Shown: positions 9,227 to 20,000 of the stretch, in pieces | How the letters are laid out: every line of letters starts with the position of its first letter | Numbering within the stretch: the first letter of the stretch is position 1 | NCBI GenBank assembly: GCA_033763315.1 | Contig: JANRKS010000005.1 | Span: 96,001 to 160,000 of the forward strand | DNA: 64,000 nucleotides | Reading direction: 5' to 3' | Origin: Deltaproteobacteria bacterium | Lineage (GTDB): Bacteria > Myxococcota_A > Polyangia > Fen-1088 | Notes under the pieces: generated by a model | What the model was told of the DNA's origin: nothing | What the model saw: only the letters and a program-made list of their open reading frames with translations | Database searches by the model: none | Program-made: the position numbers and the translations under genes

Positions 9227-9712
9227 TTACTTTGAAGTTCTTTGGGGATTCGCTTTGCGATCCAGACGCGCCTCTGTGTTCCGGGGGCGCCGGCTTTGCG
9301 CAACGGCGTGCTTAAGCTCGTCGCTTTCGGGCGGAACATCTGACATCAGCTCGACCCGCGACATCTGTGCCGCCATATCCAAAACGGCTTCGGTTAGGGT
9401 CACTTGATGCTGTTGCATCTCCCGCAATTGCACCAACGTTTCCTCTTGCAAGCGCCCGATTCGGTGAATCTGTTTGCGTAGCATTTGCACGTCGCCGCAA
9501 AGGGCTAGGAAGTCCTCTTTAGTGAGGGCATCCGCCTTGTCGACCTGGTCGTCGCGGTCATCATTGTTGTTCAGAAGCTTCGGGATGATCGTCATCAGCA
9601 TGCTGATGGGATCGGAAGGCATAGAAAAGTCAGGGGCTGTGCTGTTGTTGTTCATTCGTTTCACCGCGGCCGCAAGGGCGTCCTGCATTGCGCTTGAGTT
9701 GTCTGTGATCAT
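9227..9712 (-). CDS. Hypothetical coiled-coil protein
   Basis: 161 aa, GGGAG RBS, heptad region VQMLRKQIHRIGRLQEETLVQLREMQQHQVTLTEAV, basic tail. Located in the operon with TcA. Confidence 0.75.
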   Translation of the reverse strand: MITDNSSAMQDALAAAVKRMNNNSTAPDFSMPSDPISMLMTIIPKLLNNNDDRDDQVDKADALTKEDFLALCGDVQMLRKQIHRIGRLQEETLVQLREMQQHQVTLTEAVLDMAAQMSRVELMSDVPPESDELKHAVAQSRRPRNTEARLDRKANPQRTSK

Positions 9713-9727
9713 TGGTTGACTCCCACT

Positions 9728-11002
9728 TCAAATTCCCAGTTCGCTGGCCCACGCGTCCACGTCATCCAACGCGCGCTTGGTGACATCCGGTGTGGGTCGT
9801 GTCGTGGCATCGTCGATGCGGAACAGATGCGCCACCAACGAAGCACGCGCACCCGGGTTGGCGGGATCCACAATGAATTCGCCAGCCTCATCAAGCAGGT
9901 ACTCAGGAACGTCAGGATCGTTTTCGCCTGTGTACGCGTTAAGTTCCATTAGCGAGCGGGCCGCCAATTGCGACAACGCGTTCATCGCGGCACCCAACGG
10001 AACGGATACCGTGCGCGGTTGAGCCATAGGGCTCATGAGGCCGGGCACCGTGAGGTTCAAGCTGCGAGGTGCAGCGGGACCCATGACGGAAGCCAACGAA
10101 AGCGCCTGTTGCAGTTGTGGGTTGCTGATCAACAAACGCAGCAACGCTGTGGCGTCCATAGGCGGCGTTGCGGCGCCAAGCGGCGCGGGCAAGAGCGGTG
10201 GCACTTGCGCTTGGTTCAACATGGTTAGCATGGCCGGTGAGGGCGCGACCGGTGGCGCTTGGGTTGCGGCGTCGGGGGCAGGCGGCTGTGGTGGCGCCGG
10301 ACTCACGGATGGCGGCTCCACGCTTGGTGAAGGTGCTGATGCGGCAGCCGGTGGTGGGGCCGCGGAGGCCGCGCCTGAATCGGGCTCGGCAGGGGCAGTG
10401 GATGCAGGCGTGCCACGTGCGCCCGCCACCAGGCCTTGAACTCCTTGAACCGCTTGCATCACTTGAGGCGCCATCTGCATTCCCTGCTGCACGTATCCAA
10501 CGCCTTGCTGCAGAAATCTTCCTAGGTCCGCGCCGAAGTTTGTGCGGCCACCGGCATTTTGTGTGTTTGCGGAACGCGGTCCGCTTGTCGATGTGGTGGG
10601 TGAGCGGGATCCAGCGCTGTTGGCCGTCGTACCGGCGCGGCCGTTGGCAGCGGGCGTGCGTCCGCCCGTTGGGGCTCGACCCGCGCCGGTTGTGGGTCTG
10701 CTTGCGGTAGTCGTAGGCCTGCTGGCGCTGGTTGTGGGCCTGCTGGCACCGCTGGTGGCCCTGCTTGAATTTGCGGCAGGTCGCGTTCCTGGGGAAGCAG
10801 CGGCGCGGGTTTCGATCACGCTGCTTAACAACTGCGCGCGCTCGGCGATCGTGAGGCAAGGCGTGCGCTCGATGAATCCAGCCACGATCTGCTCTGCAGC
10901 AAGGCCAGATCCCGCAGGCGTCAGCTCTGCGCCAATGTCTTCCAGGACCGATGCCGCGTCGACGAGCTCTTGGTCACCTTCCCGCTCAAGTTCGATAAAC
11001 AT
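9728..11002 (-). CDS. Hypothetical low-complexity (S/T/R- and P/A-rich) protein with structured acidic C-terminal segment
   Basis: GAGGTG RBS, starts 34 nt after the TcA stop. Contains ASRPTT repeats, an amphipathic Q/G helix, and C-terminal VPEYLLDEAGEFIVDPANPGARASLVAHL. Confidence 0.75.
   Translation of the reverse strand: MFIELEREGDQELVDAASVLEDIGAELTPAGSGLAAEQIVAGFIERTPCLTIAERAQLLSSVIETRAAASPGTRPAANSSRATSGASRPTTSASRPTTTASRPTTGAGRAPTGGRTPAANGRAGTTANSAGSRSPTTSTSGPRSANTQNAGGRTNFGADLGRFLQQGVGYVQQGMQMAPQVMQAVQGVQGLVAGARGTPASTAPAEPDSGAASAAPPPAAASAPSPSVEPPSVSPAPPQPPAPDAATQAPPVAPSPAMLTMLNQAQVPPLLPAPLGAATPPMDATALLRLLISNPQLQQALSLASVMGPAAPRSLNLTVPGLMSPMAQPRTVSVPLGAAMNALSQLAARSLMELNAYTGENDPDVPEYLLDEAGEFIVDPANPGARASLVAHLFRIDDATTRPTPDVTKRALDDVDAWASELGI
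10688..10770. repeat. Degenerate 21-bp tandem repeat encoding ASRPTT(S/T/G)
   Basis: The protein reads SSRATSG-ASRPTTS-ASRPTTT-ASRPTTG. Confidence 0.7.
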
Positions 11003-11036
11003 TGTTCTTCACCTCGTGATTCTTGTGTGCCCGTAC

Positions 11037-14000
11037 TCAGGCTTGTTTGCGTGCGCGTAGCTCGAAAATGAACACAACATCGTCTAAGAGAGCCGAGGTC
11101 TTGGCTGGTGGCGCAGCGATCACCAACGCCCAGGGACCGGCCGCGCCGGTGATTTCTGCAACGGAACGCAGCGTGGGAGCGCCCGGCCACGGCGTTGCCC
11201 ACGCGGGCATAGGCAAGCTGGCGCCCTTGGGTGGTTCAAGGCGCACACGCAGAGCTTCGGGTTCAATGCGCCCCTTGGCTTGCGCCAGCGCCGTCACACG
11301 TTCCACGCGCACATCAAGCGCGCGATAACGGCCTGATAGCTGTTCCGTGCCCAGTGGCAGCGTGATCTGCACATCCTGCCCAGCGGGGGCCTCTTTGAAT
11401 CGCTTCCATTCCGTCGGCAGATCGCGTTTGAGGCTGATTTGGTATTGGGGCGCTGGGGCAAGGCCGCCTCTTGAAAGCCCCTTTTCACGTGCCGACCGTG
11501 CGGCCGCTTCAAGTGATCCGCCTGCGGCGCGGGCCGTATAAGAAAGCGAAAGCACCAGGTCATCGATGTCCGTCAGCGCAAGCGTGTTGTTGGCTTGATC
11601 AAGTTCAATACGCCATTTGGCGATCGCGCCAGCCCCCTCAAATGGCAAGTAGCGGTCGTCATCGAAGCGCAACTCGAACAAGCCCGCGTCGGCCTGGGGC
11701 CGGCTGGTGGCGATGGCTTGCACGGGGCTAATGTTGATCACGAAGCGCGCGTCTTCGGTTTCCTCCACGTGGGCGTAACTGCCGCTGCCGTTAGGGCTTA
11801 CGCGAATCTTGTTTTGCAGCATCGTGAGCGTGCAGTTCACATTCGTGTAGGGCTTATGTGGCGCCAGCACGCTGAGACTCACCGTTTTGATCCGCCGAAA
11901 ATGGTGACCCGGAAAGTCACCATCCAAAAGCGCTTCGGTGACATCGATTTCGCACTTACCGGTGGCCAGAAGCTCTTGTAAGGAAGCAGGGAAGTCAGCG
12001 CGTAAGGATATGTGTCGCGTGACCTCAAGGCTGCGCCGATCACCCTCGATGTGGGCGTTCTCCATGCGTCGCAGATCGATAAGCAGTCGCTCACCGGCGA
12101 ACAAACCCTTCTTTAGGCTGTCCCAGTATGAAAACTCAATGAATGACGACGCTGAATCGCCGCGTTCAAATCGAAACCCGCGCTCGGCTTGCAAAGCGGC
12201 GTCAAAGGCAAACTTGTACGCCTGAAAGTACGCGGTCGACACTTGCCCCAGCATCCAGCCGTAAAGTTGCTCGTTCGTGAATTTGTCGCGCAGGTGGCGT
12301 TCCACTTTGCGTGCGTTTTCAAGTTCAACCTCTTGCCGTCTCAGCTCGGCGGCACTGATCTCAAATTTGAGCTGCGTTTCCGCCAGCTTCTTTTCGATCT
12401 TGGCCTTGTCTTTGCCAAGCAGCTCCAGCTCGTGCTGCCATTCTTCCCGCCGCCGCTGGTATTCCGCCATCGTGGCGGCCATCTCAGCCTCGGTTTCGTT
12501 GCGGCTCATGACCTTTTCAAGGCTGGTGGCAAACGCGGCCGAGATGTCGCCGAACATCTGCCCACCCAATTGCACCGTGGCAAAAGGCGAGCTGAAGCCG
12601 CCAGCGGCACCTGTTTGAAAATCAGGAATCGCGTAGAGAACCTTCGATACAAGGTCGATGCCTTCCGAGACCCCCGCGATCACTTGCGAAGCTGTGAGCG
12701 ACTTCTGCCGTGCCACTTCCTGTGGATTCAGTAGATCTTGCATCTGCGTGTTGATGTGACGCACCTGAAGTTCGATGTGCTCGCGCTCAAGCGCCAGTCC
12801 GGCCAGCTCTTCTTCGATCTGGCGCAACTGCTTTTTGCGGATCTCGCGAACCGCGTCCACCAAACCCGCCTCGTTGTTGGCACGCAGGGATGCCAACGCT
12901 TCTGCGTCTTTGTGTTCAAGAACCCGCAATGTGGCACTGCCGAAGCTGCGCAGCTCTTCGGCCAGGCGAAGCGCGCGTGCCATCAAGAACTTAAATCTGT
13001 AATGCAAGGGTGGCGCGTTCAGGTTTGAGATCACGCTTCCCAAATCCACCCCCGCGGCGGCGGCGCGAATCAGCATGCTGGGATCAATCGGGGGCTCAAA
13101 CAAGGCCAGCTGACGAACCACGCCAGCAATGTTCATGCAGTTGCGGATCTTGAACAGGCGATCCGCCACCGTGTCCCAATACTTTTCGAGCTGCGGGTTC
13201 GAGGGCACACAGAAGTACTGCGTCACCATGCCCAGCACGGATCCGGCGGCACCGATGTCAGGTTGGGCGCTGATCTTGAACGGCCGTCGGATGGCCTCGT
13301 TTTCAAGCCGCACTTCCCAGTTGGCAAACGGATCCACCTTGCTGTTGATCTGGGCGAACGTTACGGGCTTGCGATCCGCAATCGGTGGTACGCGCTCGGG
13401 CCGGGGCCCCAAGATGTTGGCGGCCAGGATGTAAAGCTGCGTGGCCTCGTGGATCGATTCCATCGAGTCACGGCGGAACAGCTTGTCGCCCCACTCAATC
13501 AAGTTATCGATGTATTTCATCACCACCGCCTTTTGGTAGGCGACGATGCGCAACCGCGCGATCACGTGCGGGCTGAACGGCTTCTCCCACCAGGCCGAAA
13601 GCTGATCCACGGCCTGCTTTTGCCGATGAATCAACGTGCGATCTTCTCCCGCATAGGTGAGCAGGCTCTTAGACAGCAGGCTCGCAAGCTGCGACGCCCC
13701 GGCGAACTCTTTGTTCTCATGAAACGGAGCGAAGCGCCAGTAGCGCTGCGGGGCGGGCGTGCTTTCGTCAGTGGTGGGATCGAAGATGAAGTGGAACCAG
13801 CGCTGGGCTTCTTCGTGGCGCCCATCTTTGGCCAAACGAATGGCCACCTGCAACGGCGCGTGAAAAAACAACTCCCAGTTGTAGGCCGCGTAGGGATTGT
13901 CGGCGTCGAAGTCGATGTCGAGGTGCGGCGGGTTTTTGGTATCCACCAGCGGTCCGGGCTTGTACTGTTGCTCGAACGTTGTGGGGCGGCGCAGTTGCCA

Positions 14001-17000
14001 CGCGTTGCTGACCGATCGTTTGTGATCAAGGGCGTGCAGCGGCCGTGTGGTTGAAAGTGCCAGCAGCGCTTCCACACCCTTTTCCTTGAGCTTCCGAATG
14101 AGCCCGGCTGTGCCGGGATGTTCAAAGGGCGTGAACCACAGCTGGCTTTCGTGGTGCCCCGGCGTCATCACAACGCGGGTGCGTGCGGGCTGTGTCGCGG
14201 CGGCACGTGCGGACGCCACAGCCTTTGGTGATGATGTTCGCGCCGCTGGACGCGCTTTGGCCGAGGGCTTCGCCTGACGCGGCTTCTTTCGCAGGGCTTC
14301 GGCACCGTCGTCCGGATGCCAGGCTTCGTCCTGCAGATCCTCCCAAGCGTCTTCGGCAGCCGCATCAAGTGAATTGTCGGCAATTTCGATGTCTTCGCGC
14401 GCGCCAAACAGGCGTTTGCGCCGTGGCTTGCGCGGCTTTGCGAAGCGGGGCAGGGGCGGCGGGCTGGGGCGCACAACCACGGGCACGGCCTGCAAACGCG
14501 GCGCCTTCCAGTTTGTGTACACGGGGCGCGCAAAATACGAGTGAACGCGATCTTGGAAAAAGAAGGGCGCCAAAGTGGCGTTGCCTAAGGCTTCATCCAG
14601 CACAGGTACGATGCGCGCGCCCTTGCCATTGTTGGGTGCCTGTTGCAGAACGGCCATGGTCCCAGCGTTGCTGTTCGACCGCAGTGCCAACAAGGCGCCG
14701 GCTGCCCGCGTGCGTGCAAAGCCCATCGCGTCCATGCGGTAACCCGCGGGTACGTCTATCACCTTCGTCGATGTGTTCTCGCGAGATCCCGCGTGTCCAT
14801 CCAGGCTCAGGGCCCCTTGGCTGCCGTCCAAAACGAAGCGCCCAATCACTTGCACCGCTGTATCTGAAAGCTTGGCGCCCGTAAAGGGAAGCGGCTTGGC
14901 CTTCGGTGCGGGCGTGAACCACATCAGCGTTGGCTCCGCGCGCCTTCGAAACACCCGCACCTGCAGTTGCCCCTTCACCACGCGTGCGCGCAGCGTGTAC
15001 GCGGAAGCCGGCCATTGCGTGCTGCCATCCCGAAACGGCTTGCCATCCTCGGGTGAAACACGCAGATGCTTCACGTCGTCGCGTAGCGCACGATCTGATA
15101 AGCGCTTGCGGCTCCAGCGGCCACGGTCAAAAACCGAGTAAGCCAGTTGAATCTCCCAGTCCTTGCCCAACTTGGGTGGCGGTCCTTCATCCTTCCTGTT
15201 TTGCGGCGGCACTGGCTTGTTGGTCTCGCGGAACAGCGTCCAGAACAGATGTAAGCGCCCCTGAAACATCACGGGCACCAAATGTTCGCCGTCGATGTCC
15301 ACGTCAAGCTTCTGCCAGGAGGTCCAGGTGCGCCCATGGTCTAACCGGCGCTGGTACCAAACGTGGGGGGCATTGAAGGTGCGCGCAAAGATGTAATAGG
15401 TGCCTTGGTCCCATTCGGATTGCGGCGGCTTGCCGGGCACGCCGAACGCTGGACGTTGCGCAAAGCGCGGGGCGCGGGCCCGCCGTTCGAACCACACAGC
15501 ACGCACGTCAAGGCGCGCGATCTCATCAAGGCCGGCCAGGTAATCGGCGAACGCGGCCTCAACGTTTTCTTTCTTGATTTCCTGCTGCAAGATCGCGCGT
15601 TCAAGGTCCTCGAACAGCGGCGATTTATCATCACGCAGTTCGGGCTCGATCCAGTTCTCAGGGTAAAGAAACACTTTGCGGTTGGCTTCCCAAACGCGGT
15701 AGCTCTTCATCCATTTCCAATCATCGTCGTCAATGAACCGCGGCGGCACGTTCTCAAGGTTCATCAGGCAACGTTGGAAGAACGTTTGCACCGCCGATAT
15801 GCTTTGCAGCACGCGTGACGAAAGCATGCAGGGGCTCATCTCGACATCGATCAAGAAGTACTCGAACAACGATCCGCGGTTCTTTACGCCTTCGCTGCGC
15901 ATCCGGGGCAGCAGGTATTGCACCAGGGCGTCGCGCCGGGCCACGCGCAGGGGATCGTTTAACGAACGAGCCACCTCTAACCATCGCTTTTCGTCATAGC
16001 GCGATTTGACGGCCTGAATGATCGCGGAGGCCATGTTGTCATCCACAGCCGAGCGGGCCCACTGCACCAGGGTTGCAACGCCAACGCCCGCACGGCGCTG
16101 AATGTTCATGGCGTCAGCCAAGCGCAGCAAAACCAGCGGTTCGTTTAGCGGCGAAAGCGCTTCAACGGTGCTGACGCCAAATCGCTCAAGCAGCTGCTCA
16201 AGCACGGGCCGTTCCCACCCCGTGGCCAGCACCAGTTGTTGCACCGCTTGGTTAAAGCTGTTGGCCCGCAAAGCATCAAACAAGTCGGTGCTTGATCGCG
16301 GCAGCTTGCGCATCAAACCAAACAGCTGCGCCAAACGCCGCCAACGGTGAAACAGAGTGGCCGGGCTGGCATCGGTAGGTGGTGCCATCGGTAAGGCATC
16401 AAGATCCAAGAACCGTGAGACGGACGTTAGCCATTCAAGTTGGCTGTCGCTGATCCCAAAGCCCGCAATGATCATCGCCGCTTTGTGCAACCGGCGGTAG
16501 CTTTGTTCGACGGGTGCAAATGACGAAAGTCCCGCGCCATCGAAAAGATCTGTGGCAGCAATCGGCTGTTTTGTGTTTGGCGATGTGCCTAACTGAAGCG
16601 CAAGCGCCGGCGATTCGCCGTGGTTGCGGTATTCAAGCGTTAGTTCGTACAACCTTCCGGGATGAAGAGCCACGGGCCGCGAAACCAAATCGGTGGGCCG
16701 GGCACCCGGTGCGGCCCCCGTCACGGTGTGATCGATGAGCACTTGATCAGTGTCGTCTAGCTTAAGGCTGAGGCGTACTTGCGCGTCGGTGCTGATGTAG
16801 AAGGTGTGCTCGGCCTTGGTGCGCGGCCACAGATATCCCGTCCAGCGCACGCTGAACTGGCGAGGCGCCAGCCCCGGTGCCACCGGGCTGTCACCACCAA
16901 CAAAGGCCACATCCGCATCTGTGCGAATCAACGCCGGTGTGCCCTGCAACTCGGCGTTTGCAAAGTAGTGGCCTTTAAGGCCAGTGCCCACCAACGCCAA

Positions 17001-20000
17001 AAAATCTGCGAGCAAGGGCTCGGTCGACGATCGACGTGATCGCAGCACCTCATCAAGCAAGCGCGCGGCGCAAGCGTGGCTGACGCCCAACGCATCAGCC
17101 AGCGTTTGCACAACCGCGCCCCGCGTTTGACGTGCACGCAACTGTGGCAAAATCTGGCCCAGCACGAATGCGATGTTGGCCCGCCAGCGTGCCTCGCCCG
17201 GTGGCCCGCTGCCATCCTCCGTGAACAAACGTTCGGCGGCCGCTTGGGGATCGGCGAAGCCGTTGGCAAGGTGGCGTGTGAAGAACGCCCGACGCGCCCC
17301 CACCTCCATGCGTGAGCGAGGATCCAGCGCCTCCATCGCGGTGGACACCAGCGCTGGATCCAACCACAGCGCAAGCTTGGCTTGCAGGATTTCGGGCGTG
17401 GCCTCGCTGGTGGGGTTGGTTTCGGCATACGCATCAAGCAAGGCCCTGCGCACACTTGCCAGAACCGATTGCACTTGGGCGGGCAGGGGGCTTGGATCAC
17501 GGCGCAGTTCCGCTTCATGGGCGAACAAGTACAAAAGCCGCTCTGGTGTAAAGTCAGTGGCTTGCACGTCTGCCACGATGTCGAGAAACCTTCGGGTGGC
17601 CCCAGGATCGGCGAACGGATCGTCTTGGGCGGGCGCCAAGCGCAAAAGGGCTTCGAGCTGGTCCACGCGCAGCTGCAACGCCCGCGCCAAGAGAACAACC
17701 CTGTAGATGGCAGAGATGCCAGCGAGATCCAGTTTTGGCTCGGCGCCGCGCTTCGTTAGCAGGGCGCGGATGCGAGCCAATTCGTCGCTGCCAATCCGAA
17801 AAGCCGCCAACAACGCAGAGGCGGCGTTGTCCAGGCTTTCACCCGTCTTTTCCAGCTCGCTCCCGTCTGTGCGCAAAGCAAACGAGCTGCGGTCTTGATC
17901 GCTCCATGCCACGGCCCGTGTGCGCAGCAAACGATCAAATTGATTGTCTTTGCCCCAAGTGTCGAGCGGCGCCCACAACACCAACAGCTCAGGCACCGAG
18001 CGATCAAGCTTGGTGGCCAGCAACTTTATCTGCGAAAGCTTGGCCAGAACCTGTGCATCAAGCTCCAGCGCGCCCAAGGCAAACAACACGCGATCCAGAT
18101 CTGCGAAGCGCCAACCTAAGCGCCGTTGCACCCGAAGTACGCGCAACGCCCTTGCGAGGCGCCACTCATCAAACCCCTGCAACGTCACCTTATCGGGATC
18201 GCAATCCACGTGCGGCGTGACAAGCACGATCTTGCCATCCGCGTTTAAGAAGCGCATGCCCGCCAGTTCCACCAGCTCGTTGAACGTGATGCCGGTGGCC
18301 TGAAGAAACAGCGGAACGGTCGCCAAGCTTTGAACGAAAGTTCCGGCCGGGGTCGTGGCGGCCTCAAAGCCGAAGTGCCGCCACAGGTCGGGTAGGGTGC
18401 CCACGATGTTGGCCAACTCGGGCTCCGACATGCCAAGCGCCTCGGCCACGAGCTCGTTCGTGTTCTTCGTAACGTCTCCGAACGCCGTGAGCAACTCAAG
18501 CCGTGAAACGCCCAGGTGGCCCAGGTACGCGCGCGCCACTTCCAGCGGTTCGTGAAACGGCATGCTTACGGGGTGAACGGCGGCCAACATTTTTGTGTAG
18601 GCTTCGCGGTTGGTAAACTGTGGCACCGCGCGCAGCACATCCGCCGGCGTCTTGCCGGTGTCATGCGCTGCCGATGCACCCACCACGCGCGCTTCCAGCA
18701 CTTCGTTCACAAGATCGATGTAAGGCAACGACGTAAGCGTGTTTTCGCAAGTCAGGGGCAACTCGGCCAAATCAGGCCGTCGTTTCAACAGCACCTCAAG
18801 CGGCCGCGCTTTGAGCCGCGATTCAATCTCGTGCGGTGACTTTCCTTGCTTCTCCCACCGCTTGCGCAGCAGTTCCAAGCCTTTGGGATCCGGCGTGCTG
18901 AGGTAACGCAGCAGATCCACAAAGTAGGCCGCGGGGCTGTAAACAGAGGCGCAATGGTCACACCCGCAATTTCCGGAGGAACCAAACAGGGTTTTCGCAT
19001 CAGGCACGGCCTTTACGGATTCTGCAGCCTCTTGCAGCACCAACGGCAGGGCCTGTTGCGATTGCAGCAGACGCACCATCTCAAGCTTGCTGGCGGCCGC
19101 CACCTGTTGGGCCTGCGCATGCACACGCGCGGCCGCGCTGCGATCACCCATCGCTTCGCCATACAGGGCAATAAATTGCCTGCGTGGCGTTCCGGCGATC
19201 GCGGTTGCCGACCGCAAGCCGGTTCCCACCAGCAACGAAACCTCACTGGCTTTGTGGGTCACGCGGCTCACCCGCTCCACAGCAGCCACATGTTCAACAG
19301 CTTCTTGCGCGTCTTCGGCTGCGAGGCCCTCAAGTAACTCTGGGTTGGTGGCCACCGCACGATGAACAGAGTCGGCCAGAAAATCGTGGTTTCGCATGCG
19401 CTGCAGAAACCCTCGCGTCGCGGGCGGTATGGCTTCGTCCAGCCCTAGCTCCCGGTGAATGAACTCACTGGGATACGCATCCTCAAACGCCTCCAAGATA
19501 AGTTGGGCGCGGTCTTCCACAGCCAACGGTGTGGCAACATCGTCCCATAAGTCCTCGGAATCTTCCTCCAAGGATTCGTCTTCGCCGACGTCTGCCTCCT
19601 GTATCGATTCAAGTAGCTCGCACCAATCGTCAAAATCGAGTTGAGCCAGATCTTTGGGCGATCGCCAGGTTCCTTCTTGGCGGCGTAAGTGAAGGGCGCG
19701 TAGCAGTGCGGGATCGGGGCCCACGATGTTGCCCAGCTCCAAGGCCACCGTCGCGCGCTCAGCCACATCTTCGTCAAGGCCCTCTGTAAACCTCTGCGTT
19801 CCATTAACAGTGGGGGATTCCGGCTCGATGCCGCCGGCGAAACCGAGCACGTGTTTGATTGTTTCTTCCGGAAGATCAGCCGCCTCCAGCATCGTCCACA
19901 GTGGCGGTCGTTCTGCTTCCGTTGCCAGATACAGGTCGATAAGCCGCGCCAGGTGCTGATCCAGGCCGCTCAGCACGCTTTCGTCAACAATGTGGTCGGC

